From Candidatus Nomurabacteria bacterium (GTDB taxonomy: Bacteria > Patescibacteriota > Minisyncoccia > Phycocordibacterales > UBA9973): a DNA stretch of 64,000 nucleotides. The DNA is taken from contig CAWJHU010000002.1 of the NCBI GenBank assembly GCA_963842815.1, forward strand, positions 44,513 to 108,512, written 5' to 3'. Shown piece after piece: positions 9,135 to 17,146 of this stretch. The position numbers and the translations under genes are program-made. Within the stretch, counting starts at the first letter, position 1, and each line of letters opens with the position of its first letter. A model generated the notes under the pieces. The model made no database searches and was not told the DNA's origin. It saw only the letters and a program-made list of their open reading frames with translations.

Positions 9135-10775
9135 ATGGAATCCAGTGAAATTAGGTCAAGATTTTTAAAATTTTTTGAGGCTCGCGGGCATAAAATAATT
9201 CCTTCGTCTTCCTTAATACCCGAAAATGACCCTTCGGTGCTTTTTACCACTGCCGGAATGCAGCAATTTAAAAAATATTATACTAATCCAAAAGATGCCG
9301 AAAAAGATTTTGGCAGCTTGAACGTAGCCACAATTCAAAAATGTGTCCGCACCGGAGATATTGAGGAAGTGGGGGATTCTTCGCACCTGACATTTTTTGA
9401 AATGCTGGGCAACTTTTCCTTCGGTGGCTATGGCAGAAAAGAAGCGATAGAATACGCCTATGAATTTATTGTTAAAGAACTGGGTTTAGAAATTTCTTAC
9501 GTAACGGTTCACAAGGGAAGCAAAAATGTTCCCAAAGATGAAGAATCGGAAAAAATTTGGCAGAAAATCGGAATTAAAAATATAAAAGAAGAAGGAGAAG
9601 AAGTTTTTTGGGGTCCGACGGGGGATTCTGGCCCATGTGGTCCGACCACGGAAATTTATTGTAAAAATGCAAATGATGAAGATGTTGAAATTTGGAATAT
9701 TGTTTTCAATGAATATTTCTGCGATGGTTCTCGGGAGAAATTGGATAAAGGCGAAGCAGTCCTTAAAAAGCTTAATGTTTTGGGCGTAGATACAGGAATG
9801 GGTTTTGAAAGATTGGTTTCCATAGTGCAAAAAAAGAAAAGCGTGTATGAAACGGATTTGTTTAATAATGAAAAAACGAAGGAAGAGCGTATTGTGGCGG
9901 ACCATATAAAGGCTGCACTTTTTATTATTTCAGATAAAATAATTCCTTCAAATACCGGAGCCGGATACGTTTTACGCAGATTAATTAGACGGGCAGTCAG
10001 GTTTTCCAAAGAACCGCTAGAAAAAATAATTGAAAGAAATAAAAAACTTTATGAAAAGATTTATATTCTTGACGATAGGAGAGAAATAGAAAAAGAAGAG
10101 AAAAAATTCAAGGAAACGCTTAAGCGCGGATTGAAAGAATTTGAAAAAGGCATTGACCCGTTTATTTTAGCTACTACCTACGGTTTCCCCATAGAACTAA
10201 CCCTTGAATTAGCCGAGGAAAAGGGAATAAAAATAAATCTTGAAGATTTTAATAAAAAAATGGCAGAGCACCAAAAGCTTTCCCAAACCGCATCAGCCGG
10301 AATGTTTAAAGGTGGGCTTACAGATGCCAGTGAAGAAACTAAAAAATTGCACACAGCCACGCATTTATTAAATGCAGCTCTTAGACAAGTATTGGGTTCT
10401 CATGTAATGCAAAAAGGAAGCAATATTACTGCCGAACGATTGCGTTTTGATTTTTCCCATCCGCAAAAAATGACCGAAGAAGAAAAGAAAAAAGTGGAAG
10501 AAATAGTAAATGACAAAATTGCCGAAAAATTGCCGATTAGTTTTGAGGAAATACCCAAAGCGGAAGCGGAAAAAATTGCCCTGCATTCTTTCAATGAAAA
10601 ATATGGCGAAACGGTAAAAGTTTATTCCATTGGAGACGAAAAAACAGGTTATTTCAGCCGAGAATTTTGCGGTGGTCCGCATGTGAAAAATACTTACGAA
10701 TTAGGCCATTTTAAAATTCAAAAAGAAGAAGCCGTTTCCGCAGGCGTTAGGCGCATAAAAGCCGTTCTTGAATAA
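9135..10775 (+). CDS. alaS: Alanine--tRNA ligase (short form, no C-Ala domain)
   Basis: DPSVLFTTAGMQQFK, HLTFFEMLGNFS, DTGMGFER, HTATHLL, EFCGGPHV, GVRRIKA. Confidence 0.96.
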   Translation: MESSEIRSRFLKFFEARGHKIIPSSSLIPENDPSVLFTTAGMQQFKKYYTNPKDAEKDFGSLNVATIQKCVRTGDIEEVGDSSHLTFFEMLGNFSFGGYGRKEAIEYAYEFIVKELGLEISYVTVHKGSKNVPKDEESEKIWQKIGIKNIKEEGEEVFWGPTGDSGPCGPTTEIYCKNANDEDVEIWNIVFNEYFCDGSREKLDKGEAVLKKLNVLGVDTGMGFERLVSIVQKKKSVYETDLFNNEKTKEERIVADHIKAALFIISDKIIPSNTGAGYVLRRLIRRAVRFSKEPLEKIIERNKKLYEKIYILDDRREIEKEEKKFKETLKRGLKEFEKGIDPFILATTYGFPIELTLELAEEKGIKINLEDFNKKMAEHQKLSQTASAGMFKGGLTDASEETKKLHTATHLLNAALRQVLGSHVMQKGSNITAERLRFDFSHPQKMTEEEKKKVEEIVNDKIAEKLPISFEEIPKAEAEKIALHSFNEKYGETVKVYSIGDEKTGYFSREFCGGPHVKNTYELGHFKIQKEEAVSAGVRRIKAVLE

Positions 10776-10802
10776 TTTTAATAAATATGGTAGAATATAA
10801 CC

Positions 10803-12635
10803 ATGGAAAATGATTTTTTAAAAAAGAAATATGACCTGCATAATTCACCGGAAGTCAAATCATCGGCTAAAAGAACAGAATCAAGAACCGGCGAAAAAGT
10901 GCCGCAAAATCCAAGCGAGCAGATTCAGAACTACCTTAATCGATTCAGGGAAATTATAGACCGCAAAGATCCCGAACAAAGAGAGCAGGGCATGGAAGCC
11001 CTAAAGAAAGTTTTATACGATAAATTTATTATTAAGCCGGAAGAAATTCCAGAATCATATTTTGAAAATCAAAAAAGAATTGCTCGGGAACAAGGGCATG
11101 GCGATATAGAAATTACAGATGAAATACGTAACCAGCTTACGGAAGTAATAATTTCCGACCAGCAAAGTACCCTGAATAATTGGATTGACTATCTTTCTTC
11201 GCCCGATGCCGCCTATCCCGATTGGCTCAAATATTATGCCTTCAGGAGCATTCTCGGGATGGGCGCTTATGATAAAGAAAAGAAAGAATTTGCCAAAAGA
11301 TCTAAGGGAACTACAAAACCATTTCCGGACATTAACCGCGAGGCTCTAGCCTATGTTTTGGATGCCATTTCCCAAAAATACGGCAAACATCACGTTGATT
11401 TGCTGGCCCTGGAACCGGAAGAGAAAAAGGAATTTGAAAAACTTTTGGAAGGAGAAAATTTTTCCAAACTTTACGCTTGGGCGCTTGATAAAACAGCCAT
11501 TGCTCCGACGGAATCTTTGGAAAAAGTAGCCGGCAGATGGATAAAATATCCCCAAAATTCTGACCACGCGCCTTTAGTTGAGTCCCTTCAGGGTTATGGC
11601 ACTGGCTGGTGCGTGGCTGGAGAATCCGTAGCTAAAAACTATTTGGAGCTTGGAGATTTTTATATTTATTATTCCATTGATAAAAAAGGCAAACCAACTA
11701 TTCCAAGAGCTGCAATTCAGATGAATGGAAACCAAATTGGCCAAGTTCGCGGAGTTGCCCCCGAACAAAATCTGGACCCGTATATTGGCAGCGTGGTGCA
11801 GGAAAAGCTCAAAGAATTTCCCGATGGAAAAGCTTATGAGAAAAAAGTTGGGGATATGAAAATTCTGACTGCCATTGAAAATAAAATCAAAAAAGGAATT
11901 GAGCTTTCTAAAGAAGACCTTACTTTCATTTACGAAATCAACACAACCATTGAAGGTTTCGGTTATCAGCGCGACCCGCGTATTGCTGAACTGCGAGCTG
12001 GGAGAAATGTTAAACAAGATGCAGTAATTATTTTTGAATGCGCTGAAAATCAAATTGCTTACAATATAAATGAGGTAAATAAAAACACCAAAGCATATGT
12101 CGGGAAATGGAGTCCGGAAATTATGAAGAAACTTCCTAAAAATATTGAGCATCTTTATGAATCATTTCCGGAGAAGAAGATATTTCAAAAAACTATTGAA
12201 CTCACGACTAAAACTCCCAAAGAATACGCGCAAGAACTGATTTCCCAAGGGTATAAAATATCGAATTGGGCTCAAGATATTTTAAATAAAATAGAATCAC
12301 TTAAACAAAAAGAAGAGATAGACTTAGTATCATTTTCCGTGGAACAACTTGGGTTCCCGAATGGCGCCACATTGCAAGAAATATATGATAGGGCAAAAGA
12401 ATTTAAGTTAGAACTTTGTCCGTCACAAGCTGGTCCCGAACTTCGTTTGAATTACAAAGACCAGCCTAATGGCGAATATTTAAAAGTCGCGATGGAACCA
12501 ATTAACGACCGTGATGGCGACCCGGGCTTGTTCGGGGTGGACCGCGGCGGCTCCGAGTCGTGGCTCAGCGGCGGCGATGGCGGGCTGGGCGGTTGGGGTG
12601 GCGGCGATCGTTTCGTCTTTCGTTTCCGCAAGTAA
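10803..12635 (+). CDS. Putative DGR target protein with C-terminal variable region (CLec-like C-terminus inferred)
   Basis: The last ~42 codons match the downstream non-coding repeat with mismatches only at template adenines; C-terminus CP..GPELRL.Y.DQP.GE...AMEPI.D..G.P..F.V...WL...W....RFVFR. Confidence 0.85.
   Translation: MENDFLKKKYDLHNSPEVKSSAKRTESRTGEKVPQNPSEQIQNYLNRFREIIDRKDPEQREQGMEALKKVLYDKFIIKPEEIPESYFENQKRIAREQGHGDIEITDEIRNQLTEVIISDQQSTLNNWIDYLSSPDAAYPDWLKYYAFRSILGMGAYDKEKKEFAKRSKGTTKPFPDINREALAYVLDAISQKYGKHHVDLLALEPEEKKEFEKLLEGENFSKLYAWALDKTAIAPTESLEKVAGRWIKYPQNSDHAPLVESLQGYGTGWCVAGESVAKNYLELGDFYIYYSIDKKGKPTIPRAAIQMNGNQIGQVRGVAPEQNLDPYIGSVVQEKLKEFPDGKAYEKKVGDMKILTAIENKIKKGIELSKEDLTFIYEINTTIEGFGYQRDPRIAELRAGRNVKQDAVIIFECAENQIAYNINEVNKNTKAYVGKWSPEIMKKLPKNIEHLYESFPEKKIFQKTIELTTKTPKEYAQELISQGYKISNWAQDILNKIESLKQKEEIDLVSFSVEQLGFPNGATLQEIYDRAKEFKLELCPSQAGPELRLNYKDQPNGEYLKVAMEPINDRDGDPGLFGVDRGGSESWLSGGDGGLGGWGGGDRFVFRFRK
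12503..12628 (+). repeat. DGR variable repeat (VR) including 3' IMH-like cgtttcgtctttcgtttccg
   Basis: Aligns with 13008-13136: 22 A-to-G differences and a 3-nt deletion; all aligned non-A positions identical. Confidence 0.93.
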
Positions 12636-12727
12636 CTTAGAACTCAGACACTTAAGCACTTGGAATTTTACTCTTTGATTCTTGTGTCCTTTGACCTTTT
12701 TTCTTTTTTAATTTTTTTAAATAAAAA

Positions 12728-12736
12728 TGATATACT
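12728..12736 (+). promoter_or_regulatory. Extended -10 promoter (TGaTATACT) for the putative TR RNA
   Basis: Same TGn-TAnnnT motif as upstream of many genes in this window, but not followed by a long ORF. Confidence 0.55.
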
Positions 12737-12741
12737 TAATA

Positions 12742-13180
12742 TGGGTAAGGTGAATATGCGAGCGGTCAAGACTTCTCGGTGCCTAACCTAGTATCCATAT
12801 ATCGAGAATATCCACGGCTAAGGCTTTGGGTAGAGTGGTATATACAGAAACTTCATCCTTCAATAAAACTCAGGATGATCCTGAGCGGAGTCGAATGGAT
12901 CAAAAAATGAAGATACTTGGTGTGCGATACTGGTGCATTTAAGATGCAAAATAAAATTCAATCTTTGGAACAATCTGGGGATGGTGACATAGATGGTATT
13001 GCATACATAACGACCGTGATAGCAACCCGAACTTGTTCAAGGTGAACCGCAACGGCTCCGAGTCGTGGCTCAACAACGACAATGGCAGGCTGGACAATCA
13101 TTGGAATGGCGACAATCGTTTCGTCTTTCGTTTCCGAAAATCTCTTCTTTTCCGCGCTTATTTATTAGGCGCGGTTTTTC
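12742..13180 (+). ncRNA. Putative DGR template RNA (structured leader + TR + terminator)
   Basis: No ORF of 60 aa or more; bounded by an extended -10 and a GC hairpin/T-tract; contains the TR and several visible stems. Confidence 0.6.
13008..13136 (+). mobile_element. DGR template repeat (TR)
   Basis: AAC/AAT-rich non-coding copy of the VR (aac ccg aac ttg ttc aag gtg aac cgc aac ... aac aac gac aat), the hallmark of DGR templates. Confidence 0.93.
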
Positions 13181-13185
13181 TTTTT
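13152..13185 (+). terminator. Hairpin/T-tract after the TR
   Basis: ccgcgctta-tttat-taggcgcgg followed by tttttcttttt. Confidence 0.7.
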
Positions 13186-13237
13186 AATTGAATTTCAAAT
13201 ACTGTCTTTTTTATGGATTATTTTGTATAATTAAATT

Positions 13238-14413
13238 ATGGGAATCTTTTCTGGGAAAAAAGAAGAAAAGAAACTAGCACTGGTCTTTGATCTTGGCTCT
13301 TCCTCTGTCGGAGGCGCAGTTTTTGAGATGGAAAAATCCGGAACCCCTAAAATAATTTTATCTATTCGTGAACCCATAATTCTTGAAGAAAAATTTAATG
13401 AGGCCCGTTTTCTGTTTCTGTCCCTCAAATCTCTTGATGTGGTGGCCGGCAAAATATGTAGAATGGGTATCGGGAAGCCAGCCAGGATTTTTTGCGTTCT
13501 TTCTTCGCCCTGGTATGCTTCCCAAACCAGGATTATCAAACTTGAAAAGAATGTACCATTTTTATTTACCTCAAAATTGGCCGATGAGCTGATTAAAAAA
13601 GAAATCAGCCTTTTGGAGGAAGAACATTTAGCCAAATTTTCGCAAACGCATGATAAAATTCGTCCCATTGAATTTAAAAATGTAAAAATCATGCTGAATG
13701 GCTATCCGACCTCTGCCCCTTTTGGTAAAAAAACTAAAACCCTTGAAATGATTATTTTTGTTTCCATGAGCAGCGAGCAGGTATTAAAAAAAATAGAAGA
13801 TACTATTTTCAAACATTTTCATTCCAAAGATATAAAATTTTCTTCTTTTGCCATGGCCTCTTTTACGGTGGCCCGAGATATGTTTGCTAAACAGGAGAGC
13901 TTTCTTTTGGTTGATATCGGCGGAGAAATGACGGATATTTCCATGATAAAAAAAGACATATTGAGCAATTCCATTTCATACCCTCTGGGGCCTAATTTTA
14001 TGGTGCGCGGATTGGCTAATAGTCTCAATTGCATTTTGAGCGAAGCAAAATCTTTAATTTCTCTTTATAGAGATGAACATGCTTTGGAGTCCACCAAGAA
14101 AAAACTTGACCCGATTATAAATAAATTAAAAACAGAATGGCTGAATGAATTTCAAAAATCTTTAAAAAATCTTTCAAGTAATATTTCTGTTCCGGCCACT
14201 ATTTTTGTAACCGTAGACCAGGATTTGGCTGATTTTTTCTCAAAAATTATCAAGGCGGAACAATTTGGCCAAAATATTTTAACCGCATCGGAATTTAAAA
14301 TAATTGTTTTAGACCCCCAAACGCTTCATGGCATTACTCTTTTTAAAGATAATGTTAATCGCGACCCGTTTCTTATTATTGAATCCGTTTATATTAATCG
14401 CTTTATTTGCTAA
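13238..14413 (+). CDS. FtsA/PilM-like actin-fold protein
   Basis: Phosphate-1 VFDLGSSSV and phosphate-2 LVDIGGEMTDI motifs; S.P.G..F..R.L...L......A. Confidence 0.7.
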   Translation: MGIFSGKKEEKKLALVFDLGSSSVGGAVFEMEKSGTPKIILSIREPIILEEKFNEARFLFLSLKSLDVVAGKICRMGIGKPARIFCVLSSPWYASQTRIIKLEKNVPFLFTSKLADELIKKEISLLEEEHLAKFSQTHDKIRPIEFKNVKIMLNGYPTSAPFGKKTKTLEMIIFVSMSSEQVLKKIEDTIFKHFHSKDIKFSSFAMASFTVARDMFAKQESFLLVDIGGEMTDISMIKKDILSNSISYPLGPNFMVRGLANSLNCILSEAKSLISLYRDEHALESTKKKLDPIINKLKTEWLNEFQKSLKNLSSNISVPATIFVTVDQDLADFFSKIIKAEQFGQNILTASEFKIIVLDPQTLHGITLFKDNVNRDPFLIIESVYINRFIC

Positions 14414-14424
14414 AATATATTTAT

Positions 14425-15684
14425 ATGTCAAGACATTTATTACAAGATATGGTAAAAGTAAAAACTTCTCAGCCCATCTCCATAAAAGTTGTCAGGGATG
14501 AGAAGGGAGAAGAAAGAATCCCCGACAAAATAAAAAAAACCAACAAAAGCTCAAAATACAGGATTTATTTTGTCGCATTAATTTCCATTGTTTTTCTCCT
14601 TTTTGCTTTTTCTTTTTTATTTTCCGGAGCGAAAATTACCATAACCCCCAAAGTGCAGGAAATTCCTTTGGCCAATGAAAATTTGTCCGCCATTAAGGAT
14701 TCAAATACCCAGGATTTATCTTTTGACCTGGTGATGATTCCCGGGGAAGAAAATAAGACAATTCAGGGAGGGGAAGTAAAAGATGTGGCCATAGCTGCCA
14801 CGGGGACCGTCATTATTTATAATGCTTATAACTCTTCTCCCCAAAATCTTGATATAGATACCCGCCTGGAAGGTTCAAATGGAAAAATTTATAAAACAAA
14901 TAAAAAAATAACCGTACCGGGAATAACCAATGATGGTAAACCCGGAAGCGTGGAAGTGGGCATTTACGGAGCGGGAACCGGTGAAGGATATAACAGCGCT
15001 CCGCTTGATTTTAAGATTTTCGGTTTCAAGGGAACGCCCAAATATTCCAAGTTTTACGGAAGGTCCGAAGGAGATATTACCGGCGGGTTTACGGGAAAGT
15101 CTCCGGTTGTTTCTTCTCTGGATAAAACAACAGCGGTAAGCGAGCTTAAAGCTAAATTGGAAACGGATTTGCTGAATAAAATAACGGGCCAGATTCCGGC
15201 GGGGTTTATTTTATTTAAAGACGCGATATTTACCAGTATTGCCGACAAAGATATCAGTTTTACTCCCGACAAAGACAATACGATGTTAGCGGACGTCAAA
15301 GGCACGCTCTATGGATTTATTTTTAACGAGAAAAAACTGACGGCAAAACTAGCGGCGGATCTGATTGATAAATATGACGGAAGCGAAGTTTACATACAGA
15401 ACATTCAAGATTTGACTTTTTCTCTGGCCAATAAAGATACTGTTTCTTTTGCGGATGTGACGAATATAAATTTCAGCCTGTCGGGTACTCCTAAAATTGT
15501 TTGGAAAGTTGACGAGGCAAAATTTATTAATGATATATTAGGTAAGAAAAAAACGGATTTTAATCAAATTTTAGCGCAATATCCCAGCATTGATACCGCC
15601 CAGCTGGTCATTCGTCCTTTCTGGAAATCTTCTTTTCCGGATAAAAGCAGCGCCATCCAAGTCATCGTGAATTATCCGAAATAA
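14425..15684 (+). CDS. Membrane-anchored hypothetical protein (baseplate-J-like region recalled for CPR homologues)
   Basis: Single TM, then A.G.V.IYN, TRL...GKIY, VPG, A...GE.YN, GG..G, RPFW..SFP; overlaps/abuts the FtsA-like gene. Confidence 0.65.
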   Translation: MSRHLLQDMVKVKTSQPISIKVVRDEKGEERIPDKIKKTNKSSKYRIYFVALISIVFLLFAFSFLFSGAKITITPKVQEIPLANENLSAIKDSNTQDLSFDLVMIPGEENKTIQGGEVKDVAIAATGTVIIYNAYNSSPQNLDIDTRLEGSNGKIYKTNKKITVPGITNDGKPGSVEVGIYGAGTGEGYNSAPLDFKIFGFKGTPKYSKFYGRSEGDITGGFTGKSPVVSSLDKTTAVSELKAKLETDLLNKITGQIPAGFILFKDAIFTSIADKDISFTPDKDNTMLADVKGTLYGFIFNEKKLTAKLAADLIDKYDGSEVYIQNIQDLTFSLANKDTVSFADVTNINFSLSGTPKIVWKVDEAKFINDILGKKKTDFNQILAQYPSIDTAQLVIRPFWKSSFPDKSSAIQVIVNYPK

Positions 15685-15743
15685 GCTTATTAACATTATA
15701 ATATTGACCGAGTGTTATGGATTTAGTATGATAGATTATCTTA

Positions 15744-16010
15744 ATGAGTGATCAAAAAAACGAAAAAATTTTAACGGCCAGGGGGGTTATCACGGAATCT
15801 CTGCCCTCCACTTTGTTTAGAGTAAAAATTCCTGCCCGCAATGCTTCGCAAAGCGATGCAGGCGGGGAAGATAAAGAAGATGAAAAAGAAATCTTGGCCT
15901 ATCTCTCGGGTAAAATGCGCATGCACAGAATTAAAGTTTTAATCGGGGATTCGGTGGAAGTCGTGCTGGATTCCTATGGAGGAAAGGGAAGAATAGTTAA
16001 GAGGTTGTAA
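15744..16010 (+). CDS. infA: Translation initiation factor IF-1 with in-frame palindromic insert
   Basis: G.ITESLP..LFRV...ILAYLSGKMRMHRIKVLIGD.VEV...GRIV.R. Confidence 0.95.
   Translation: MSDQKNEKILTARGVITESLPSTLFRVKIPARNASQSDAGGEDKEDEKEILAYLSGKMRMHRIKVLIGDSVEVVLDSYGGKGRIVKRL
15831..15866 (+). repeat. 36-nt GC-rich quasi-palindromic insert (PARNASQSDAGG) in infA
   Basis: cctgcccgcaatgcttcgcaaagcgatgcaggcggg; GC-rich island in a loop where IF-1 normally has only a few residues. Confidence 0.75.
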
Positions 16011-16129
16011 TTTTTTTAAGAATGGTGTATCATATTAATTACAGTTTATAAAAAGAAAAAAACATTGAAAAATAAGGGTTTTCCCCTTGTTTTTGTCTTG
16101 TTTTGATAAAGTTTGCCTTTTGAATTTTT

Positions 16130-16240
16130 ATGCGAGTCAGATCAACAGTAAAAAAAATTTGTGATAATTGTAAAATGGTCAAACGCCAAAGACATTTGCG
16201 CGTTATTTGTTCTAACCCGAAGCATAAACAAAAACAATAA
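16130..16240 (+). CDS. rpmJ: 50S ribosomal protein L36
   Basis: Translated by eye: [36 protein letters not shown] (below the ORF-track cut-off). Confidence 0.95.
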   Translation: MRVRSTVKKICDNCKMVKRQRHLRVICSNPKHKQKQ

Positions 16241-16242
16241 TT

Positions 16243-16623
16243 ATGAGAATCCTTGGCATAACAGTACCAGACGAAAAAAGACTTGAAATCGGCTTGACCG
16301 TTCTTTATGGTATTGGCATTCCAACTGCCCGAAAAATTTTAAAACAGGTCAGTATTGATGTGGGCAAAAAAGCGAAAGATTTAACAGCTGAGGAAGAAAA
16401 TAAAATCCGCACGATAATAGAAGGAATGAAAATTGAAGGAAATTTGAAAAGAGAAATTGCCGGAAATATTAAAAGATTGAAAGACATCAAAACCTATAGG
16501 GGTATTAGGCATATGAAAAGATTGCCGGTCCGGGGGCAACGAACCAAAAGCAATTCCAGGACAGTCCGAGGGAATGTTCGAAAGACCATGGCCTCAGGGA
16601 AGAGAAAAGAAAGTAAGACTTAG
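16243..16623 (+). CDS. rpsM: 30S ribosomal protein S13
   Basis: LT..YGIG, YRGIRH...LPVRGQRTKSNSRT. Confidence 0.97.
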   Translation: MRILGITVPDEKRLEIGLTVLYGIGIPTARKILKQVSIDVGKKAKDLTAEEENKIRTIIEGMKIEGNLKREIAGNIKRLKDIKTYRGIRHMKRLPVRGQRTKSNSRTVRGNVRKTMASGKRKESKT

Positions 16624-16670
16624 AATTAGTGACTAGGGGCTAGAACCTAAAAACTAGAACCTAATTTATT

Positions 16671-17129
16671 ATGGGAAAAACAAAAATTACAACTGAATCA
16701 ACCGAAGAAGTAAAAAAAGGAAATGCTCCCAAAGAAGCGGAGGCAGAGGCAAAAGCAGTTGCCACAAAAACACCCAAGAAAAAAGTAACTTCCGGGATTT
16801 TGTTTGTGGATGCGACCTTCAATAATACAAAAGTTCTTTTTGGAGACAAATTAGGAAATACTTTATTTTGGTCCAGTGCCGGAACCTTGGGTTTTAGAGG
16901 AGCAAAAAAGGGGACTCCTTTTGCCGCTTCCAAAGTTGGTGATTTGATTGGCGATAAGGCAGCTGCCCTTGGAGTAAAAGATTCGGGCGTAGTAGTGCGA
17001 GGCGTCGGGTCTGGACGGGAGCCGGCTATCAGAGCATTTATGGCTCACGGCATAGAAATAACTTCCATTAAAGATGCCACCCCGGTGCCCCATAACGGAC
17101 CAAAAGCCAAAAAGCCTCGCAGAGTATAA
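16671..17129 (+). CDS. rpsK: 30S ribosomal protein S11
   Basis: ATFNNT, WSSAG..GFRGAKKGTPFAA, D.TPVPHNG. Confidence 0.97.
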   Translation: MGKTKITTESTEEVKKGNAPKEAEAEAKAVATKTPKKKVTSGILFVDATFNNTKVLFGDKLGNTLFWSSAGTLGFRGAKKGTPFAASKVGDLIGDKAAALGVKDSGVVVRGVGSGREPAIRAFMAHGIEITSIKDATPVPHNGPKAKKPRRV

Positions 17130-17146
17130 TTTAATTTAAAATATAT

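Noticed and set aside
9135-10775. AlaRS truncation as a pseudogene
   Set aside because: Catalytic and editing motifs are intact; short AlaRS lacking C-Ala is usual in reduced CPR genomes.
12741-12791. 16-codon ORF MGKVNMRAVKTSRCLT at the start of the TR leader
   Set aside because: Too short, with no similarity to Avd; the sequence is better explained as an RNA stem.
16632-16664. Heptamer repeats ctagaac-ctaaaaa-ctagaac after rpsM
   Set aside because: Only 3-4 degenerate units with no spacers; too short to call an array.
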